A stretch of DNA of 64,000 bases from positions 186,001 through 250,000 of the IMG/VR virus record IMGVR_UViG_3300045125_000071; one strand, 5' to 3'. Below the pieces are notes generated by a model. The model was not told where the DNA came from, made no database searches, and saw nothing but the letters and a program-made list of their open reading frames with translations. Positions 1 through 11,408 of the stretch are shown piece by piece; positions within the stretch are counted from its first letter, which is position 1; the number at the start of each line of letters is the position of its first letter. The position numbers were made by a program, and so were the translations under genes.

Positions 1-214
1 ATAATCACATTCATCCCCATCGGTTCTTGCGGATTCATGACAAAATTTGCAAAATGCCGAATTGGTCTTTGGATTATATCCATATGCGCATTTTGTGCTT
101 AACCCTTATGTCGATGTTCAAAGGATAATCCAATTCAAGCGTGTTCTCAAATTGAATTACCCTTGTCCCATCTCCATGCAATTCAATCATTGCATTTCCG
201 TTATTGTATATCAT
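1..214 (-). CDS. Radical SAM protein, N-terminal part (runs off window; one frameshift)
   Basis: Manual translation from ATG at 214: MIYNNGNAMIELHGDGTRVIQFENTLELDYPLNIDIRV / STKCAYGYNPKTNSAFCKFCHESARTDGDECDY. It has a Cys triad ending CxxCHES, as in phage radical SAM proteins. Not in ORF track. Confidence 0.7.
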
Positions 215-239
215 TGTTTGTCCCGCGAAATTATAAATC

Positions 240-1118
240 TTATATCTCCGTTATGGTGAACCTGATAACCTTGACCAAACCTGGAACCTTTCTCATCTCA
301 TCCGTTATCAACTTATAACGTTTCCCCCAATCATTGTCATTTTTATTAATCAAACCCTTCCGCTCCAATTCCTTCTGAATCTCATAATAACGATTATCAT
401 CCTCCCTTTCCAAAAGGATTTCGCCATTTGAAAAATCCTGATGCAAATGGTGTCCAAGTTCATAGAAAACTCCGCGATGTCTGGTGATTTTCCATAAAAT
501 CGAATCATCGCTATTAAAACGACCATCCTCGCTTACCAACACGCCCCCCAAAAGCGAATGAATCGCATCACTTATCTCTTCATCCGTTGGCTTGGTCAAA
601 AACTTTGCGGTTGTCTTGAAATTATCAATGGTTAACTCAAACTTGAATTGCGGACGAATCATCTTCCCCATCCCTGTACTCAGGAACATGATAAAATTCG
701 GGAGCAGCCGTGCTGTTGTCATTGCCACCAAATAACCATGAATTCTTGTTGAATATGAAATTCCTCAAATCATGCTTGCCATTCGGAACAATGCCATATG
801 ATTCATGGTCAATGTAGCCATCATCCAACCCATTAAATCGAACATCCGTCGCCCCAGTCTGCTCCATGATTACCTCTTTCAACATTTCCAACTTTTCATC
901 ATTATTGGCGAACGATTGGGCGGCATAACTCGCCTTGGTCGGAGCATCATTATTTTTGAACCAATCCCAACCATATTCCCCACCAAATATTTCCACAACA
1001 CCATATTGGTCTGGATATAAGGTGTCAAGAACAAATTGCTTATCCTCCGATGCAAGCGAAATGGAATGTGACGATGAGCTGTTTGTCTCAAAACCCCCTT
1101 TCTGATTAATTTCTTCAT
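240..1118 (-). CDS. Conserved phage protein with IRKGVFETNSSSSHS motif (two frameshifts)
   Basis: MKKLIRKGV (879..1118 frame) joins FETNSSSSHSISL...YIDHES...FIFNKNSWLFGGNDN (637..1170 frame), then the 240..731 frame. I recognise this family as a usual neighbour of phage radical SAM genes. Confidence 0.65.
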
Positions 1119-1135
1119 GATTCCGTTTGTTTGTA

Positions 1136-1700
1136 TTAATAGATATTTGATTTGACCTGGTCCATCTCAACGCTTCTCTTCTGCATCAATATTTCATTCT
1201 CATATGTTATCTTCACCTGTTTGTATTTGGATATCTCAACCTGAACATTTGTGTTATCCTTATATAACCATGTTGTGGAATATTGGCAATTTTCAGATTG
1301 AACCGCAACCATTTCATAACCATCATTCAATTCATATGGTGCGGTGAATTTTTCCGATATATAATCTGGTTGACCATATTTCTTTGTCAAAGTTTCAACC
1401 ATCTCTTCGTATTTTTCATTTAACATATCCCAGGTTTCCTGCTTTTCCAAATATACGGTTAATCTACAGAACTGTTTTGATTTTGGTGTCAAAATCAAAT
1501 ACAATTCAACATCCTGCAACATGATTTTTCCGCTCATGTAGATTGCAAGGTCGTCGGTTTTCATTACTTTGAACCCCTTCTGTTTGAACCTCTCAACTGC
1601 CACCGAAGCATTGCCAGAAATGTTAACCCCATAAAATTGTTGGGAATAAGATTGAAAGCGAGAATAAAACGAAAGCCAGGATTGAAATAACTGTTCTCAT
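1136..1700 (-). CDS. Exported hypothetical protein, Bacteroidota-like
   Basis: ATG at 1700 gives a signal-peptide-like start (MRTVISILAFVLFS) that joins ORF 1136..1603 after a frameshift. Confidence 0.5.
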
Positions 1701-1787
1701 GATATATTTTTTGTAAAAATATGCAATTCTTTTTCTATTTACCAAATATTTTTATTTATTTGGAAAATTTTTGTTTCCCGCGAAATC

Positions 1788-1820
1788 AAAAAACGGCACC
1801 GTTTCATGGGTGCCGCCTTT
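1788..1820 (-). terminator. Rho-independent terminator
   Basis: CGGCACC/GGTGCCG stem followed by a T-run on the minus strand. Confidence 0.65.
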
Positions 1821-4704
1821 GGTGTGGTTTTATTTAATTTAAAACCCTTAACACATGTTGGTCGTTATGGCTGAATAATCCTTAAACCCATCAGATGGCA
1901 TGTCCTTATATTCCCACCCTTTCTTCCCATAAAAACATCTCCTAAAATCAAGAAACTCACTGCATTCTCATATTCCTCCTTCGCCAAGAGCATCATCAAA
2001 GCAATATCACACATGTCATCAAACTCTTCCAAGGTATAATCCTCATACTTATCCTTTATGAACATCTCAACAAAATCACTGGGCAATGTTATGGACTTGT
2101 TGGTGACCTCTTTTACATGGATAAGCAATCGGCAGAATTGCAACATGTTCGGCATCTCCCTCGTAAAAACATTCATCAATATCTTCTTCATCTTCTTCCG
2201 TGTATTTGGTCAATGTAATGGTATTCTCCACCTTCATCCCAAATCAATTCATAAAACGCATCATCCCGTCTGATTGTGAAAGCAAGCACCTTTCCTCGAT
2301 ATTGGTTTCATACCTAAAACCTTGTAATTCAATGAATTCTCTTGTCAACCTCATGATAATGGATTTAGTTACCTGTGAAGGTAATAATGTTTATCCATAT
2401 AACCAAATTTATCATTCATATTTGTCCATGTCCGCCCCATCAAGATGGTCGTAAATCCAATCCAAAGCATTGGTAAAGAACAATCCCATACAAATCAAGA
2501 CAAGAACGGTGATTAGAAACATCATATGGTTTAAAGCTTGAACGGTTTCGGTTACATAATACTTTTTCTCGATATTAACGATTCTATCTGGGTCCACGAA
2601 CGACCTATTGCTGACCCAATATCTTCCTTCATATAGAAAGGTTCTAACCTTCCTCTCAATGCCATTATCGATTGCAGTTACCTCATATTGGTTATTTGGG
2701 TCGAACCTGGCATGAAATATCAACGTATCTTCTTCTTGCCTGGATAAACTTTCCTGATATGTTGAATTCTTATTCAACCATTCAAACATGTGAATCCTTT
2801 CATTCTCCGACATTTCATTCCAATACCTGCTCGTTAAACTCTGCCAAAACATGGCTCTTGCGATGGGTCTAGGCGGAATGCAAGCTTCTGCAAGGAAAGC
2901 AAGTTCAAAAAAATCAATCGTGAAGTTGCTCATTTTGTTGTGGTATTGTGTCGTTGATAATACTATAAAATTCTTGGGCAGATTTCGGGTTTTGTTGTTC
3001 GAATAATTTGAACGCCAACTGATATTTGATATATGAATCTCGCATATACTCCAATTCAGATACCATGGAATCACTCACATCTTTTTGTCTGGACAATTCA
3101 TTCAAATTGGTATTGAGCGTTTCAATCTTTAATTCGGCATCACTTAACTTGTCGCCCAAATTAATCAGATAGAATAACATTAATACCAATGTTATAATAC
3201 TTAATACATTATATGTGATAACAAACCCTTTTCTATTCATAAAGCTTTGGTTTTTTGAATTGATAAAATTTTTATACTTGCGTGTGGAACGGATTCTGAT
3301 GGGTCTGTTTCCAATAATACATATTTCAAGATGAAATCAACATCAACATTTTCATCATGCAGCATCCACACATCGTCTGGATGAATGGGGTATTCGACGA
3401 TACTTCCATCTATTTTTTTGCAGGATACAATCCAGCTATCCTCTCTCTGATATACAGTCCCTCTCATTATCTGTTTCTATTCGGTGAAGTTAACAAATAT
3501 CTTGCAATCAATACCAAAATCATTATCCCCCATATGGTGAAAATTATCATGGCTCTTTTTGTTCCTGTTGAATATTCATGCCATGACTTGCTGGTCAATT
3601 TATTTAAGATGTCACAACCCTGGGTTTTGGTGATGATTGCTATATAAATTGCCAACAAGGATATTGATTTCATGTTATTTCTATTTTAACGAATCCCGTT
3701 TTTTTGTTCTTTCAATACATTTTACACAATCAATGTAGTGTTCAATGTTACACCTATCATTAAGTTTGTAGATAAGTAAATATTCATGACCATCACTACC
3801 TAATACAATGCCATTACCATCCCAATCAATTTCATCATCAAACATTATTTTAAATGGTTTTGGGTATGTAGATGTAATTGTATCTCCAATTAATCTTTTG
3901 TACTCTTTTTTGGAGATTGTTATTGTATCGTTACTACCACACGAAAAAAGTGTAAGAGTGATAATTGAGAATAAAATTGTCTTTTTCATTATTTGTTGGT
4001 AATTAATTATATTTTATTTATTTTTCTATACGGACCATCATCATTATAATGATGAAACTCCCAGTCAACATCTCCACTAACTTTTTGATTTCTATCAATC
4101 AATTCATTTATAGCTTGATTGAACATATAATTTATATTTGGTTTTATCGGTTCCATATTCTGGATATAAGCCAAGCAAGCATATAAACCATCATATGCAT
4201 ATTTTTCAGTATGTTCCAATATCCAATCAAAATCTTCTTCAGCTATCGATACGGATTGTGCGGTTGCAAACGCAAAGAAATCATTGGCATTCATATCAGC
4301 ACTGAACATCGATTGATGGAACATCTTAACCGCTTCGTGCTTCGATTTTTCCATTTCCCTTGCTTGTTCAAGAAACTCCATAAGTGTTTCTTTATCCCAA
4401 ACTTTATTACCATTTATATGGTCGCAAAATTTATCCGATTCTATCTGTTCTATTAACCAATTAGTTACCTTATGTTCAGTCATGTTATTTGTTTTAGATA
4501 AGCCTACCTTCACCGCTCTCATACCATTTTTCAACACTTCCATACTTATCAATCATCGCATTAGTTTCCGACTCTACTTTTCTGTAAGCGTTCCTCCAAT
4601 AAATTCTTGTTTGTTCATCTGCGGATTTATTATATGTACCCGTAAATAACATCAATTCATCTATTTCTTTATCAGACAAATGAAATGGGTCTTTATGATT
4701 TAAT

Positions 4705-5097
4705 TTATTTTTTTCCATATCTTTCATTGTAATATTCTTCCGCTTCTTCCAAGTACACTTCTTTGTCAGGAGTTGGTAGAAATGGTGCTGTTACTCTTGC
4801 TTCTATCATCTGCTGCTTCTCCATTTCTTTGGCTTGCTCAATTATATAATTGAGTTCAATCATTTCTGGTTTATCAGTAATCCACAAAAATCCTGCATCA
4901 AATGCAGCATTTATAAACCATTGAACTGCTGTCTGTGCCATTGCTGGTTTTGTTTCTTTTTCTGTGAGTTCGTTCACTTTATCATACAGCTCATTCAGTT
5001 CTTCCTCTGTTGCGTTCTCAAAGAATGAGTCAAGCTTGTCAAGGATTTGTTGGTGTTTATTGTTCTGTTCCATGTGTTTGGTTGTAAAATTTTTCAA
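4705..5097 (-). CDS. QTAV-family small phage protein
   Basis: AQTAVQWF...EQAKEMEKQQMIEA...EEYYNERYGKK. Paralogous to 5057..5482, 7784..8029 and part of 4007..4552. Confidence 0.6.
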   Translation of the reverse strand: MKNFTTKHMEQNNKHQQILDKLDSFFENATEEELNELYDKVNELTEKETKPAMAQTAVQWFINAAFDAGFLWITDKPEMIELNYIIEQAKEMEKQQMIEARVTAPFLPTPDKEVYLEEAEEYYNERYGKK

Positions 5098-5482
5098 TAT
5101 ACGGTGCTTCTACTTTTGTCAACCCCCAATTTTCAGCAACCTTGACACCAAATTCAATCATACGCTCCTTCTCCATTTGTTTTGCTCTTTCAAATAATCC
5201 TTCATACGCCATCTCCTGTTCGTGAGTGAAACTATCGTACAAACATTCCCGTAGCCAATCAACTGCCGTCTGTTGTGCCATATTATTATTTTGCATCGGT
5301 GTTTTTATCTTGAGTTTTGATATCAAGCCTTTTCTTCGAACCTTCCAAAAAAACAATAAACCAAATATGGTTATAAACCACCTCAAAAATGGGACGGTAT
5401 CATGGTATATGAAATGTCTACATACATACAGACCAATCAAACCAGCATAAACATAAGATAAAAAACTGAACAACTTTCTCAT
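5057..5482 (-). CDS. QTAV-family protein (probably fused in the track to an upstream small membrane ORF)
   Basis: QQTAVDWL...ERAKQMEKERMIEF...FYNQTHGTEQ. Confidence 0.55.
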   Translation of the reverse strand: MRKLFSFLSYVYAGLIGLYVCRHFIYHDTVPFLRWFITIFGLLFFWKVRRKGLISKLKIKTPMQNNNMAQQTAVDWLRECLYDSFTHEQEMAYEGLFERAKQMEKERMIEFGVKVAENWGLTKVEAPYIEKFYNQTHGTEQ

Positions 5483-5703
5483 ATTTTACATTTTTTTATT
5501 TCATCTTCCACTTTGCTCCAATAGATGGCATATATGGCTGATACGTCATTGCTAAGGTTTTCTATAAGTTGTTTTTTTACCTCAGCACATACGTATAAAG
5601 CAATGTCTTTAGCAGTGAGATGATTCTTATCATCTGATGGTTCATGACACCATCTTGTATAAGCATCTTCATAAAGTCTGTCTGCCATTTTTTTCGGTGT
5701 CAT
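5479..5703 (-). CDS. MTPKE-family small protein, copy A
   Basis: About 90% nucleotide-identical (by eye) to 6500..6721. Confidence 0.7.
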   Translation of the reverse strand: MTPKKMADRLYEDAYTRWCHEPSDDKNHLTAKDIALYVCAEVKKQLIENLSNDVSAIYAIYWSKVEDEIKKCKI

Positions 5704-6281
5704 AACTTTGTGATTTCTTGTTTTGTTTTATCAATAATTAGCTGTCCTATATATTTTCTACATATGTCTGCTGTTTCTAATTGATTTTGTTTTTTTGCAG
5801 CATCATAAGCAGCAGCAGTATAAGCAGCATAAGCAGCATCAGCAGCATAAGCAGCATCAGCAGCAGCAGCAGTATAAGCAGTATAAGCAGCATCAGCAGC
5901 ATAAGCAGCATCAGCAGCAGCAGCAGCAGCAGCAGTAGCAGTATAAGCAGCATAAGCAGCATCAGCAGCATAAGCAGCATCAGCAGCAATATCCAATTGT
6001 CTTCTATTTATTTTCCCTTCTCCAAAAGAAATTGCAGCATCAACTGCCGCTATACTTCTTTCATCCTTCATTAAGTGTCTGACAGTGTTCGCACAATGTC
6101 CTTTTGCTAACGTTATAGGTTGTAATTTAATGTCCACTCTTTGTGCTAACCACAAAAGCCAATCGCCTCTATGGCATTTTTCGACCACCTCTTCAATAGT
6201 CATATCACTAGCCCAGTCTTTGGCTTCTTGACAGGCATTTAGGTTTATTAGCAGTTGTGCGAATGTTTTTTCTGTTTTCAT
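5700..6281 (-). CDS. Phage protein with Ala-rich (DAAYAA)n repeat
   Basis: MKTEKTF...ACQEAKDWA...CHRGDWLLWLA...DERSIAAVDAA...(ADAAYA)n...ADICRKYI. The likely true start is 6281; the upstream part of ORF 5700..6488 looks like a separate small gene. Confidence 0.65.
   Translation of the reverse strand: MKTEKTFAQLLINLNACQEAKDWASDMTIEEVVEKCHRGDWLLWLAQRVDIKLQPITLAKGHCANTVRHLMKDERSIAAVDAAISFGEGKINRRQLDIAADAAYAADAAYAAYTATAAAAAAADAAYAADAAYTAYTAAAADAAYAADAAYAAYTAAAYDAAKKQNQLETADICRKYIGQLIIDKTKQEITKL
5797..5987. repeat. Coding low-complexity tandem repeat (GCA-rich on plus strand)
   Basis: Repeated gcagcataagcagcatcagca units encoding AADAAY. Confidence 0.9.
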
Positions 6282-6499
6282 GTTATTCGGTTTTTGTTTG
6301 CGGTCTTGCAAAATCCTAAATCTTTTTCCGTCTTTATCTTTAAATTCTAATACATCGTTTTCAATTGCAGCTATTGTCATTTCCAATATTTCTTTGCCAT
6401 ACGCAAATTGCACAGGTTCATCATCATCGAATTGAAAACAGTATTCTACAGAGTCTTGTATCCATTCTTCGTATGTTTGTATTGCCATGTTATTTGATT

Positions 6500-6721
6500 T
6501 TACTTTTTACTTATTTCACTTTCCACCTCACTCCAATAGATGGCATGTATGGTTGATACGTCATTACTAAGGTTTTCTATTAGTTGTTTTTTCACCTCAG
6601 CACATACGTATAAAGCAATGTCTTTAGCAGTGATGTGATTCTTATCATGTGATAGTTCGTGACACCACCTTGTATAAGCATCTTCATAAAGTCTGTCTGC
6701 CATTTCTTTAGGTGTCATCAT
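6500..6721 (-). CDS. MTPKE-family small protein, copy B
   Basis: Direct repeat of 5479..5703. Confidence 0.7.
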   Translation of the reverse strand: MMTPKEMADRLYEDAYTRWCHELSHDKNHITAKDIALYVCAEVKKQLIENLSNDVSTIHAIYWSEVESEISKK

Positions 6722-6906
6722 ATCTCTATTTTTGATTTAATACCCATAGTCCATTCGTTTTTGAATTTCTTGTTGTAATTCACTATAAGAATAACCAGAC
6801 TTGTTATAGTCTTCTGATGATGGGTTGTAGTTTCTATCACATACAGCATCTTTAAAATGCTCTAATAACTCACTATTTGAATAGTCTTCAAGTTCGATTT
6901 TCTTTG

Positions 6907-7155
6907 TCATAGCTTTTCTATTTCTTGTTTTACTTCCTGTAAATAAACGCTTTGAGTAGATTCTGCAATATCTTTTTCCATACCCATAGCGTGCAAAGCT
7001 GATGCATATACATTCATCATTTCATCCACAGCTATTAATGCACATTGTTTCTTACAGTACGTTTTATCAAAACCTCTACCATCTTCAGAGATTCTTGTTT
7101 CTACATACTCACCAAACATCTCAAATAATTCTTTTGCTTTTTCTTTTGGTGTCAT
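6907..7155 (-). CDS. MTPKE-family small protein
   Basis: MTPKEKAKELF...KQCALIAVDE...YLQEVKQEIEKL. Confidence 0.7.
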   Translation of the reverse strand: MTPKEKAKELFEMFGEYVETRISEDGRGFDKTYCKKQCALIAVDEMMNVYASALHAMGMEKDIAESTQSVYLQEVKQEIEKL

Positions 7156-7415
7156 AGTTTTTCTATTTCTCTTTTAACCTCTTGCCAATAAATCAACGCC
7201 TCTTCTCGTTGTGCTTCATAATAATACTGATGAGTTCCACCAACATCGTCCCAGTCGACGTTAGACGGGCTTCTTGGCTCTGACTTTATTATCTCATCCA
7301 CCGCTTTCGATGCACAGTTTTTAGCATTTCGGTCTTTCATATTATCAGTTAAAAATGATAATATTAATTCTCTAAATTCTTCAAATAATTCTTTCGCTTG
7401 TTCTTTAGGTGTCAT
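7152..7415 (-). CDS. MTPKE-family small protein
   Basis: MTPKEQAKELF...KNCASKAVDE...YWQEVKREIEKL. Confidence 0.7.
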   Translation of the reverse strand: MTPKEQAKELFEEFRELILSFLTDNMKDRNAKNCASKAVDEIIKSEPRSPSNVDWDDVGGTHQYYYEAQREEALIYWQEVKREIEKL

Positions 7416-7783
7416 GATTTATTATACCTATAAGTTTGATTGTAATATTGTTAATAATATCAAAAACTTTTGGCATATCAAAATATTTGCCATTTTTTTT
7501 ATCATTTTTTACCAAAATATTTGTTTCTCCATTCGGTGACTTGTCTTTTATATTCGTTCTTTTTTCTCTATGCCTGGCGATTTCTTCAAGCAATGACTTA
7601 ACATAATCGTCTTTTTTATATTCTTCGTTTCTATTTTTGTATTTGTCTTTTAATTCATCCAATTCACTTTTAAGTTCTCCAATATGAAACTTCAGAGATT
7701 TATTCTCTTTCATTAAAAGTGATATGATTTCATTTTCAGACCAGTTCCTTTTAATCTGTAAAAGGAGTTCTCGCTTTAAGTAT

Positions 7784-8029
7784 TTATTCTGTTCCATAAT
7801 ATTTGTTATAATATTCCATACCTTGTTGATACGCCTCGGTTTCCAACGGTGAAACAAGTCCAACCACATGGGCATCCACAATTTGCTTCATTTCCATTGT
7901 TTTTGCGCTCGATACAGCGGCTGATAATTCCAAAAGTTGTTTTGGTGTTAATGATTGTGGACCCAGGATGGTCTCAAGTCTCATTTCCAAATAATCAACC
8001 GCAGTTTTTTGTTTAATTTCATTTTCCAT
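7784..8029 (-). CDS. QTAV-family small phage protein
   Basis: KQKTAVDYL...SAKTMEMKQIVDA...EYYNKYYGTE. Confidence 0.6.
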   Translation of the reverse strand: MENEIKQKTAVDYLEMRLETILGPQSLTPKQLLELSAAVSSAKTMEMKQIVDAHVVGLVSPLETEAYQQGMEYYNKYYGTE

Positions 8030-9304
8030 GTTATTTGTTTTTTACAATTTACTCACTTCAAAAGAACAATGTGGTTCTTCAATATTGTTGTTCATGGTAT
8101 TAAGTTTTATTATAAATGTATTTACCCACCCATTCGGTTCTCCCATCCTGGTTGGTAAATGTTTTTGGTTTGTCAGCATTTTTATTCTTAATCCTACTAC
8201 CACTCCCCTTTACTCCCTTTTCTGCCCCGATATGATTATACTTGGGTTCCTCCTCAATTCAAACCCAATAGGTAGTTTGGATTGGATGGATTGAATATAT
8301 TCCGCAAGTATTTTTCTATTAATATTATTATTATATACTTTTTCAGAACCATCCATTGTTGGATATTTATATCTGTATTCAGATTTATTAAGGTCGAAGG
8401 AATTATAATAGTTTAAAAAACCAAGAAGATGTTCCTCCGTGAACATACACTTTTCACGGGCTTTATTATGGCCAGCTACAAAACCAATAACCATATCAGG
8501 ACGTGAGTTTTCAGCCATCATTCTATCAGGGTTTCTTTTCCAATAAAAATCTCTAGCCAATTGGTCAACATCGTCTTCATCCTCAAGATATTTTTGGAAT
8601 TTTAACAACTTCATCGTAATGTTTAAAATTATCCAAATTAAAATCTTTCATTGTTTGTAGACATATTTCATATTCCATCCCAGTTTCGTAGTAATTATCT
8701 ACAAACCACCTAATCCTCTCTTCATAGGATAATTCCCTCATCTTTTTAATTGGGGGTAACACTGATATACCATCCAAATATTTCGCACCATTAAGTGGTA
8801 AATGTGCAAGTATTTGGTATTGATTTTTCTCATCCCAATCGTTTGGATTATCTACTTGCCAAACATGATACTCGCCAGTAGTTAGTTTTTCTATGACCAA
8901 ATATGGAAATATATCAGACTTGTAGTTCTCACCTATGGTAAATAAGTAATCATCTATCTTTACTATTGGATGTGTCATAGTTCTATTTCTGATGTGAGGA
9001 ATGTTTGTTTATCTTCTTGGTATAACCCATTCATGTTATCATGTTCACAGTTATAATTTATGATTCCAATAGATTTACCTTCTTCAAAACACTTCTCAGC
9101 AAGAAGTGCTGATGGGATGAGTTGTTCTTTCACTTTCTTTAATGACGTTGCCATCTGGCTATCAATAGTTGTAACTGTTTTTCCCAAATTTGATTCTTTA
9201 ATTAATGCGTCAAGCACAGCATTACTGATAAGAGAATAATCTTCAAGTTTTATTTTCTGCTTCATAATCCGATAGTTTAATGATACAATATTAACAATAA
9301 ACTG

Positions 9305-10385
9305 CTATAAATCCAATTTTTCCATAAAGGGTTTGCTCCATTTAGGTTTAATCATTTTCCATATCATATCATCTAAATCGGGTGAATATGAATTTAATCT
9401 CTTGAATAACAAAGATTTAATTGGGTTATCAACAACCTTTTGCGCAAATTCCTTTTATCTACCAATTGGGCAAATTCGGCCTCCATATTGGTTTTGATTT
9501 CGTCAAATTGTTGTTGTAGATTATAAACAACACCTCGTACCCAGTTATCAAACTCGTCAGGAACACTATCCAGGTATCGGTGAATATCTTCCCCAGTACT
9601 AAGAATTTCCCATATCATAGTGGTCGAAAAATTAGTCAATATCCTATGGAGTCTGATGTACTCATTCCCCTTTATTTTACACATACTTCCATTGGAAAAT
9701 TTAACAACAAACCCCTCTTGGTTATCTTTTATTATACCCTTTAGTATGTTTAAATCAGAAACACCATCATATTGTTTAACAATCGGACACCCAATTATTT
9801 CAGATATTTTTTTGACTTGAGAATACGTTAACTCTTTCCCTGTCTTTGTATGAATACAAGATAATAAGAAAAGTTCTTCAGTATCACCATAATCAACAAC
9901 TATCCTATTATTTTCTTTTATTAACTCGAACATATAGGTTAGTTCATCACCACTATAATTATAATCTGTTGCCTCATATACGTCTTTATCTGTTAGTAAA
10001 GTAGTTCGATATTTTTCATCCATTATTTTTTTGACCATATTGCTTGGTCCGAAATAAATGAACCTTTAGATGATATGATTAATTCTCCGTTATAAAAAAA
10101 CGCCAAAATAAATGAACCATCTAATTTTTCTTGGACAATAAAATCTTGAGTTGGGATATGATAATTTTCTTCAATATTCCAAAATTTTTTAAATGGTTTG
10201 GCAACAACATTCCCTTCGTTGTCTAAAACAAGACCACGGCACATAATTGTCACATCATCCCAAGCATTATCATATTGACACGCTCTTGAATAGTTATAAA
10301 TGGACAAAGGTAGAGTCGGATGGTCTTGTTTAACCACCAAACCTCTACCAATATAATCGTTTAATATGTTCAAATCTATTTTCAT
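9305..10385 (-). CDS. T4 Rnl1-like RNA ligase (frameshifted)
   Basis: CRGLV, KPFKKFWN, motif I QEKLDGS, FELI, EGFVV, KIKGNEY across ORFs 10023..10385 and 9394..10038. Confidence 0.85.
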
Positions 10386-10389
10386 TCTA

Positions 10390-10982
10390 ATGAATTTGGT
10401 AAAAAAATTAATGTCGGATTTTTTTTCTGTATTTCTATTTCAGGGAATTGCTTTTTGAATTCCATAACATCAAAACGTTTTGTGATAAAATGAAAACCAT
10501 TTTTGGTTGGAATAATGGCTACTACTTTATCACCCAGTTGGTCTACAATAATCAATATGCTGTTTTATTGCCAATGTGGACATCCATAATCTGGTATCCA
10601 CATCAACGACCCACCTTTTCTCATTTGTTTTGATTTGACCAACAACGGAGTCAAAAACATTCTTTTGATTTATTTGTCCTGATTGAATCCGATTGACAAT
10701 CTCGGTTATCATGTTCATACCAACATCCCTATGATTCTGTTTCTGAACATGGATATATGCACGAGCCTTGAAGAATTCACACATCTGCTTTATCTCCTCG
10801 TATCTCTTCTCCAGGTATTCAATTGAGTTGATGCAATATGTTTTAATTGTCCTAACCGATTGATGATTATCTTTCTCACCTTCGGGTTGGTCCTTTTTCC
10901 TTTTGAGAATGAGACAAAAATAAAAATCACCCTCGTTTTCGAAGTTCAACAAGGGTTTGATTAATTCGATGTTGTCAATCAT
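10390..10982 (-). CDS. Conserved hypothetical phage protein (frameshifted C-terminus)
   Basis: DFYFCLILKRKKD...IKTYCI...KRWVVDVD continues in another frame into GYHLITKRFD. Confidence 0.5.
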
Positions 10983-10991
10983 AAAATTATT

Positions 10992-11408
10992 TTATAGACG
11001 GATTTCAAATCTGTCCTTCATTTGTTGTATCTTCTCTTCAGGGACACCATGTTGGTTCACACCATTATGTCTATTTTCCAAAATTACTGAGAACACACGA
11101 TACCCATATGTTTCAGCCAATTTGTAGTAGTCTTCCATCTCCCATTCTTGGGTGAATGTATTTGATACCACAACTGGTGAATGGTCATATTTCATAAGGA
11201 ATTCGACCTCCATTTTGCACCAATTGTGTGCATCCTTTATTTTGGATGGTTCGAATTTGTAATTACCATCTCGGTCAACAAAGTACATATCCGCCTCCTT
11301 GTGACAAAAAGTCTTTTCGCCAACCAATAATTTGGCTAACGTGCTTTTACCGCTCCCAGGAATTCCTCTCAATAGTATTAGTTGTTTCATAATTCGTATT
11401 TTTTGCAA
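10992..11408 (-). CDS. Polynucleotide kinase-like P-loop kinase (AAA_33-like)
   Basis: LILLRGIPGSGKST, EADMYF, VVVSNTF, HGVPEEKIQQM. Confidence 0.8.
   Translation of the reverse strand: MQKIRIMKQLILLRGIPGSGKSTLAKLLVGEKTFCHKEADMYFVDRDGNYKFEPSKIKDAHNWCKMEVEFLMKYDHSPVVVSNTFTQEWEMEDYYKLAETYGYRVFSVILENRHNGVNQHGVPEEKIQQMKDRFEIRL

Noticed and set aside
221-1786. Repeated tcccgcgaaat 11-mer at about 221 and 1776
   Set aside because: Only two copies were seen, which is too short and sparse to support a regulatory call.
5777-6074. Poly-Leu/Met and poly-Ser/Ile ORFs
   Set aside because: These are alternative-frame shadows of the Ala-codon repeat.
5479-6721. DGR template/variable repeat pair
   Set aside because: Differences between the copies are not adenine-specific, both copies are coding, and there is no reverse transcriptase in the window.
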